A DNA stretch of 58,165 bases, filler included, from Basidiobolus ranarum (taxonomy: Eukaryota), in NCBI GenBank assembly GCA_040143965.1. It is 3 parts of 3 records of this genome, joined end to end, with 100 filler letters (N's around TTAATTAATTAA, not from the genome) between each part and the next. Parts side by side here need not be neighbours in the genome. Positions count along the whole stretch, not along the records: positions 38,894 to 58,165 come from JASJQH010007130.1; 2 more parts are not named here. One strand, written 5' to 3'. The position numbers and the translations under genes are program-made. Shown in pieces: positions 51,399 to 58,165 of the stretch; position 1 is the first letter of the stretch, and each line of letters begins with the position of its first letter. The notes beneath the pieces were generated by a model. It worked only from the letters and a program-made list of their open reading frames with translations. It was not told the DNA's origin and made no database searches.

Positions 51399-53194
51399 AT
51401 GTCTGGAAGTGAGAGTACAAACAACCAAATCTCTGTTGCTAGTAGTCGTCTCGAAAACCTGAATAATACTTTAGGAGCTAATGTGGGAAGAGATGCAACA
51501 CCTAATACAGTCAGCAACGGTATGTTTATATATACATTTATGGTAACCCCTATCTTCTTTTTCTGAACCTTTCCTGCCTCTTTGTAGTGATTCCTTGGAA
51601 AAATCAACAAGACATTAACAAAACACAGCTAAACCCCGTCTACTTTCTTCAGCGCAGTTCAAATGTATTTCCAAACAAGATCGCAGTAAAGCTAGATAAC
51701 CTAACTTACACGTATACCGACTTACTCCACAGAGTGCACAACCTTGCTTACGCCTTACGCAGCGAGGGGATTCAAGCAGGAGATAGAGTAGCCTACCTAT
51801 CTCCAAACGTTCCTGCCTTATTTGAAGCTCATTATGGCGTGCCTTGTTTGAGAGCGATTTTGGTAGCGATCAATTATCGTTTGAAGTCTAGTGAGATTGA
51901 ATATATTTTAGAGCATTCTGGAAGCAAGCTGTTACTTGTCGATTGCGATTCTTACTCTTTAGTATCTCATTTGAAAGATAAACTGAAGATAATCCAGGTT
52001 AATAGTAGTGGCCGTAGTGATGACCCTTACGAACAATTCTTAGAAAAAGGTCGTTCTTTAAGTCGTGGCTGGGAGGAGTTGAATTTACTCGGCGATGAAG
52101 ATGATACTATCAGTATCTGTTACACCAGTGGTACTACCGGTCGTCCTAAGGGTGTGATGTTAACTTATCGTGGGGTTTATATCAGCTCGCTAGGCAACTC
52201 GCTGGAAGCCGAGTTGAACTCCGAGTCAGTGATGATGTGGACCTTGCCACTATTCCACTGTAATGGATGGACCTTTCCTTGGGCCATGACTGCAGTTGGC
52301 GGCACCAATATTATGATTAGAAAGATGGATTACGAGTATATCTGGAAGGTGTTGGTGAATGATAAAGTAACTCATTATAATGGGGCGCCTACCGTTCAAA
52401 TCTCAATTGTAAATCACCCCTCTGCACATAAACTACCGAAACCCGTTAAAGTCACCGTAGCTGGATCTCCACCTTCGCCAACTCTTATTGAGAATATGAA
52501 ACGCTTAAATTTAATACCTGTTCACACTTACGGATTAACTGAAACATATGGACCCTCACTCGTCTCCCGTTGGAACACAGAGTGGGAAGTTCTACCTGAG
52601 CACGAACAAGCCAAAGTATTAGCTCGCCAAGGACATAGTTATTGTGTCTCTGAAGAAACGCGAGTGGTAAATTCCAAGATGGAGGATGTAGCATTTGATG
52701 GTAAAGCACTAGGAGAGGTAGTGATGCGAGGGACTATGGTCATGAAAGGATACTTCAATGATCCAGAGTCCACTGCAGAGGCGTTTAAGGGAGGCTGGTT
52801 CCATTCAGGAGATATTGCGGTACGTCACCCTGATGGTTACATTCAGCTGAGGGATCGTAAGAAAGACATCATCATTAGTGGAGGGGAGAATATTTCCACT
52901 ATCGAAGTCGAGCAAATTGTTAACGAGCATCCGGCAGTACTTGAAGTGGCCGTGGTTGCTATACCTGATGAACAATGGGGAGAAAGACCAAAAGCATTCA
53001 TTCGAGTTCGAGATGGGGTTCAAGTGACCGAGGAAGAAATCATTGCATTCTGTAAAAAGTCTATGGCCGGCTATAAATGCCCCACTAAGGTAGAGGTGGT
53101 CCAAGATTTCCCAAAAACTAGCACTGGCAAGATTCAAAAGTTTGTTCTACGTGCCCAAGAATGGGAACACCAAGGCCCAGATAGAATCAAATAA
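51399..53194 (+). CDS. Acyl-CoA synthetase / acyl-activating enzyme (AMP-binding); 2 exons
   Basis: Exon 51399-51519, intron 51520-51587; LNPVYFLQRS, YTSGTTGRPKGV, WTLPLFHCNGW, TYGLTETYGP, GWFHSGD, DRKKDIIISGGENIS, PKTSTGKIQK. Confidence 0.95.
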
Positions 53195-53855
53195 ACCATC
53201 ATACCATTTACTATTGACTGCGCCTATCGCATTGTTAAGTTATAGTAACGAATACCCAAACCGGATGAACGTAAGTCGTGATGGCGCCACCCATACATGT
53301 CAATGACGTTGGATCGCTGTTTCATATCAAACAATAGATAACATACAGAGACACTCGGTCCAATTGTATGGTGATTGTGTAACCGTTAGCCCTACATAGC
53401 CTGAACATAGGAATTCCCGGGCTGAGTGAGAGAATCCATTTCGTAATAGCTATATATTGACGTATGTTAGAAAAGTAACACCAAGTTGTATGTTGACTCC
53501 TTAATTTAGACAACAATTACCTCTCTAAGGTTAATCAAGTCTTAGATACAATGAAGCTGGGAAATATTGGTCAATTTGGAAATTTAAATGGTGGTTTTAA
53601 AAAAAGTATTGGTAAAAAACTGAAAATGGTTAGTCAGATGTATTTTAGAAGTTGTCGCTTTCCCCTAATAAATAGAGAAACTTATATTGAAAGTTATCTT
53701 ACTTTTGAAGAGGTAAAAGAATAAATGTGCCTTCGTGGACATAAGTCTTCCGTGACTGTTGCTACATGGACAGAATATTAAGGTAGTTTACTGACAACTT
53801 TATCACCTCTTCATCTTTCTGCTTACATTCTCTCTGTATTCTGTATTTTACTTAC

Positions 53856-55564
53856 ATGACTAAAGAAAAGATAAGTTCTATATTACAGTCTATCTATACT
53901 CAGAAGAATGCTAAATATGAGGGTGGGTTCTTATTTTCTCAATTGAATTACTTGTGCTATTTCTGAACTAATGTTATCAAAATAAGGTATAGATTTAGTA
54001 TTCAAAGATTGTGGTGAAAAAGTGTTAAAGTATTTGGGAGCCTGTTGGAAGTGGTTTGGAGAATTAGAGGAATTGGTGGTTTTCACTTATTGATTTATTG
54101 AGTATTCAGTTGACATTTATAGTTTTGTCAAGATGTAAACAAACTAACATGTAGAATGTGTTAAGGAAGGTCCCAGGAACATGTGTGCAAAGTTTGGGGC
54201 TTCTTTGAAAAATCTATATATCTGAGAACTTCTAAGTAAATTCCAATTGAGAATAATGGATAATATCTTAGTGAATTATAAGATAACTAAGTACTAAGCT
54301 ATATATGACTATATAGGTGTTTAGGCAATGTTAATTTCAACAAAAAGGTCATTACTACAAAACTTTTCCACCTGCACCAAGCACAGGTCTTCATCTTCAA
54401 CGCTCTATAAGCTTCTAAAACATATAAAAGTAACTACATTAAATTTCTGATCAAATCAATGAACACATATTGTTCATGCAACTCTTAGTTGGCTCGAAAA
54501 GAAAAAGTATGAATGAATTAGAAAAGTCAAACAAGAAGAAGTTAAAGAAGGCTGCAAGGACAAACAGCTCGCATACTAGTGATGACTCAAGTACATCTAC
54601 TGAAGTGGAATACAAAAGCTGCCAAGGTTTAGGCCACTCAAATGCAAGATCTTATCTTTGTCCTAATAAGAACATCTCTAAAGAAGAACAAATAACGTTG
54701 CTGATTGGTGACTTTACATCAGTAACTAGAAAGATCAAGTTACAATCAATTCTGCGGCCAGAGTTTAAAGATACCTTGATATCAACATTCACAAAAGTAT
54801 CAGGCCAAGTCAGAAATATCATGCTTAGGTCTCAATTGTTCATTAACTATTATTTTATCAAAAACCCATCTTTGCCAATAAGCAAAAAGGTTTTTACTCA
54901 AAACTTTTAGTACAGTGTGAGTCGGTTAATAGTAGGCAAAAGGATTACAAACATGAAAGCAGTACTAGAGGACTTGCTGGGAAGGCTTCAGCAGAGAGCA
55001 CGATGTAAAGTACACATCTCCCATCCATACAGGGCACAGTCAATGCCTATCCCCAGCATGCATTGAGATATCTATGCAAACCATATTGTAGAACTCTATG
55101 AAAAGAGTGTGTTGAATTTTTTTCAACGAAAGATGAAAGAAATACTTCCTGATGGTATAAGTATAGCATACCACTTTAATAGCAGCATCATTTTTTTTGT
55201 AAAACTGCCTAAACCTCATATACAACCATGTCATGTAGATGGAAGCCAGAGCCTTTCAAGTATAATAATCGTCTCTAAAAGACTTTTGGTAGTATATGTT
55301 GATGAGTTTCGAACGTCAAAGGTAAAACCAAGCATAGTGGGCTTTTATTGTCGTAAGACAACTAACATTTGTGAATAGGTATGTCATTGTTGCAAACAAG
55401 CAGACATGACCTCTGCCTTCATCGGTCTTCATAGTGTCCTGGCTTGCCAAAGCTGTGGGATGTTATGGAATCGAGATGTTAATGCTGCTGAAAACATCCA
55501 TAATATCTCTCATGAGATACTCTCTGGAAAAGTTCGCCCCTCTCCTTTCTGTCGTTCGCGATAG
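53856..55564 (+). pseudogene. Fanzor (Fanzor1-like, TnpB-related RuvC nuclease) pseudogene with introns
   Basis: C-terminus LLVVYVDEFRTSK|intron 55322-55378|VCHCCK..LHSVLACQSCGMLWNRDVNAAENI..RPSPF = RuvC-II Glu, Zn ribbon, RuvC-III Asp. N-terminal zinc-knuckle-like motifs. In-frame stop at 54908-54910, frameshifts, LTR insertion, no RuvC-I. Confidence 0.88.
54023..54342 (-). mobile_element. Solo LTR (320 bp) with 5-bp TSD AAAAG, inserted in the Fanzor coding sequence
   Basis: Reverse complement of 44590-44909 with about 8 differences by eye; AAAAG at 54018-54022 and 54343-54347. Confidence 0.9.
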
Positions 55565-55778
55565 ACTTAATCGCTGTCTCATACACAGTTTCCTTTTGGC
55601 TTCGGCCTAAGGATTTAGATTTTTACATGTTAATGTCCCTGCATTATTTTAAACGCTCAATATACGAAATCAATCATTTATTATTTTTTAACCAATATTT
55701 TTTTAGGTAAGCCTCAAATAATTTTTTCAAAATCACTATTTAAATTTCCAAATTAACCAATATTTCCCAGCTTCACTG
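55565..55778 (+). ncRNA. Candidate Fanzor omegaRNA scaffold region (boundaries uncertain)
   Basis: Lies between the Fanzor stop and the right end; contains hairpin TCCTT-TT-GGC-TTCG-GCC-T-AAGGA (55591-55613) with a C(UUCG)G tetraloop. Confidence 0.5.
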
Positions 55779-56789
55779 TATTAAGCCTTGAATATAGAAC
55801 TCATCTTTTCCGATTGCCATTTATCCAACCAATCCTAAAATAGGTTCAATGCCAATGTCAAACATTTGATTGGCTTGAAATATCAAGTGTCTGGAATATG
55901 AAATCAGTCTTAATCATTCCTTAATTATTAGAAATAGTCAGTGTAATAGTGGCATTTACCTCCAGAAGATACTCAAGCAACAGCCTCAATGACTGCTCAT
56001 ATTATTTCTGGGTCATTATGTTGAAATGATGACTAATATGCCGATAGACCGTCACACTGCATTATGAATGAATGGACCAAAACGTGGATAATATAAGCAA
56101 ACTACCCTTTCATGAATCGCTATGGTAGATTGAATTCAAATATGTTTAATTAAATGTATACTGGTAGAGTACTTGCAGTGTAAAGTGTACCAAAGCTAGA
56201 GCTAATTTAACTCGAAACATCTTGCATGGCAAAAATGTAAATGTAATGAGGGCACCACTAAGTGAGTTACCTTTGTTCAAATATTACATGAACTTGGAGG
56301 TATCCTATGGTGAGTGATTTCTGCTAGTTTGGAATATCAGGTGGCGGTTACATGGACAATATATGAGGGCGGATAAAGAGACTGAGGTATGTACAGGTGT
56401 CAAGAACCATTGAAACGCTTTCGGTATGTTTATATTTTGTCGAGAACTCTTTTACGAAATCGAAGTAACCGTAACAGATATACAGAAAAGATATATTCAG
56501 TAAACACCGCGAGAAATATTGCGAGAGGGAAAACCAAGACGGCGTAGAAGAGTCAGAATCCATAGAATCGGATGGTCGAGAGAACGCCATAAACTATATC
56601 AAATTACTTCTTACTCAGGAGTGGGCCGGCACCACCATAGCATGTTACGGAAATCAAAGTAAAATTAAGTATAGAACAAATTGAGATGTAAAGGAAGGCT
56701 CTAGAGAGGGAAAAGGCAAAATAGATATTACAAAGATACTAAAACACGAAAATACAGCTACATTTTGCATCTCTTGAGGTAAAAAACGT

Positions 56790-57696
56790 CTACAATGGCC
56801 ATACACCACGTCTTGACTCGGCTCTCCTCACTGTCACCATAAAATCTTGATCGCCGATCTCGACTTTTTGCTCGTATACCGAATCATATTTACTGGATTT
56901 CCAAGAATCCATTTTCAGTCCGTGAATTTGAATGCGAACAGATCGAATCTTGCCACTGTAATGAGGACTTTTGCCGGTCATCTTGTTTTTACCGGAAATC
57001 GAGACGTAGTCATGATGTTCATGATGGCTCCTCCTGTGATGATCTTCAGATAGAACTTGATGGACTTCATTCAGGAGCTCGACGTTCCAGAATTCATACT
57101 CCTCAGTGGACACATGAAGGTGGTATTTAATACAGCCAAGAAACTCCAACTCTAGATCATTCACTTGCGATAGCTCTAAATTAGTGTAGCGAGCCCAATC
57201 CATATTCAGAGGACTTTTTTCTTGATGGTATTTCGAGGCAGCTATCAAAGCACCAATAAATGTATTTCTCGCAAAATACAAATGATCATCATGGTTGCTA
57301 CTCATCGACGCAGAATAAGAATCGAATCCGTAATTGTCACCATCATCAAATAGGGGTGAGGTCAAAGCTAGCTCTTCTAAGCAGTAACCACCGTGGGGAT
57401 CGTATTGTTGACCTAGCATACTACCTCGGATAGTTCCACGTAGTTTGTACAAATAGTACAGAGATAGTATTACAGTAGAATGATACACGCGTGAGGTCTT
57501 CAGTGTCTCTCTGATAAACCCACGGAAGACTAGACGTTTCGCACGAGATATTGAGCTCAGAGGATGCCAAATTCTTTCAATTACATACTCAACAGCTTCT
57601 ATAAAAAGTTGAGTTAACAATCGATAAAGTGCATGCATTCATAACAACTAGAAACTAACCAACAAGAGATTCCAGCCCTCCGCCAGTATAATGCAT
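56790..57696 (-). CDS. Pho85-type (Pcl/Pho80 family) cyclin; 2 exons
   Basis: Exon 57696-57660 plus intron 57659-57599 gives MHYTGGGLESLVEAVEYVIERIW..FIRETLKTSR..ILSLYYLYKL..FIGALIAASKYHQE..WARYTNLELSQVNDLELEFLGCIKYHLHV. Confidence 0.88.
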
Positions 57697-58165
57697 ACTG
57701 TATTAGCTATTTTTACGTGAGAGGTTTATATTTCAGGTAAAGAAAACACTGACAGCGATAATAACTAATCTCTACAAACGAAAGGTCTGCGAACTTTGGC
57801 TATTCTTCCTTATTTCGCTCTGTGTGATTCCTTTGGGGTTGGAAATGCTCCGAAAATCGAGAATACTCAGACAGAGCAGAAAATAAAAAAGCTCTTAAGC
57901 AGTTGAGACAGCTCTTGGATTCAAAGGTGGAAAGGTGTGGATTGTTAGCTAACAAGGAACCTAGGTCGCTTGAACTTAAATATGAAGCAGTGATCAAGTG
58001 TGTACATGTGACTTGGAAAAGATTGTGAGCACTGGATTCCTAATCAAGTACAGATTCATATTTTTTCAGAGGAATTCTCAAACCAATGACTGTTAGATAG
58101 TCATGATTTAATTCCAGGTATCACCCACTCGACATCCGATTCGTCATCTGCAGGATATTGAGTAT

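Larger units (their letters stand above)
53549..55778 (+). mobile_element. Non-autonomous Tc1/mariner-like TIR DNA transposon carrying a Fanzor gene
   Basis: About 60-bp imperfect TIRs: left CAATGAAGCTGGGAAATATTGGTCAATTTGGAAATTTAAAT.., right (reverse complement) CAGTGAAGCTGGGAAATATTGGTTAATTTGGAAATTTAAAT.. TA on both sides (53547-53548, 55779-55780). No transposase recognised inside. Confidence 0.88.

Noticed and set aside
45881-53194. Chitin deacetylases plus acyl-CoA synthetase as a lipo-chitooligosaccharide (Nod/Myc-factor-like) cluster
   Set aside because: No chitin synthase or NodA-like acyltransferase on the contig, and the CDAs look like extracellular GPI-anchored wall enzymes while the synthetase has no signal peptide.
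44590-54342. The inverted 320-bp repeats as TIRs of one 9.7-kb transposon carrying the CDA genes
   Set aside because: Each repeat has its own 5-bp TSD and TG..CA ends, so they are independent solo LTRs.
53549-55778. Calling this Fanzor copy functional or autonomous
   Set aside because: Premature stop, frameshifts, LTR insertion, missing RuvC-I and no transposase.

Overview
Eukaryotic, AT-rich, intron-rich genomic DNA from an early-diverging (non-Dikarya) fungus, Mucoromycota/Zoopagomycota-like. This is inferred from a WD40-bearing ATG16, a PP2A B'' subunit, a U12-type intron and GPI-type chitin deacetylases; the species cannot be fixed from sequence alone. The window is three contigs (1-19373, 19474-38793, 38894-58165) joined by artificial N44-TTAATTAATTAA-N44 spacers, so adjacency across spacers is not biological. 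Ordinary genes: carotenoid cleavage oxygenase, MFS (ACS-type) permease, xylose/aldose reductase, mitochondrial uL11, Erf2-type DHHC palmitoyltransferase, TRM5, Cdc25 phosphatase (partial), C2H2 transcription factor, PP2A B'', ATG16, HOP2, NIC96, two tRNA-Pro(CGG), a PAQR, two chitin deacetylases, an acyl-CoA synthetase and a Pcl-type cyclin. Main highlights, none obvious from the ORF track: (1) a TA-flanked, Tc1/mariner-like TIR element (53549-55778) carrying a decayed, intron-containing Fanzor (TnpB-like RNA-guided nuclease) gene with a candidate omegaRNA hairpin, interrupted by a solo LTR; (2) a five-exon secreted protein with an N-terminal His and a histidine-brace/LPMO-like motif set (3174-4967); (3) a minor-spliceosome AT-AC intron in the DHHC gene (15700-15767).
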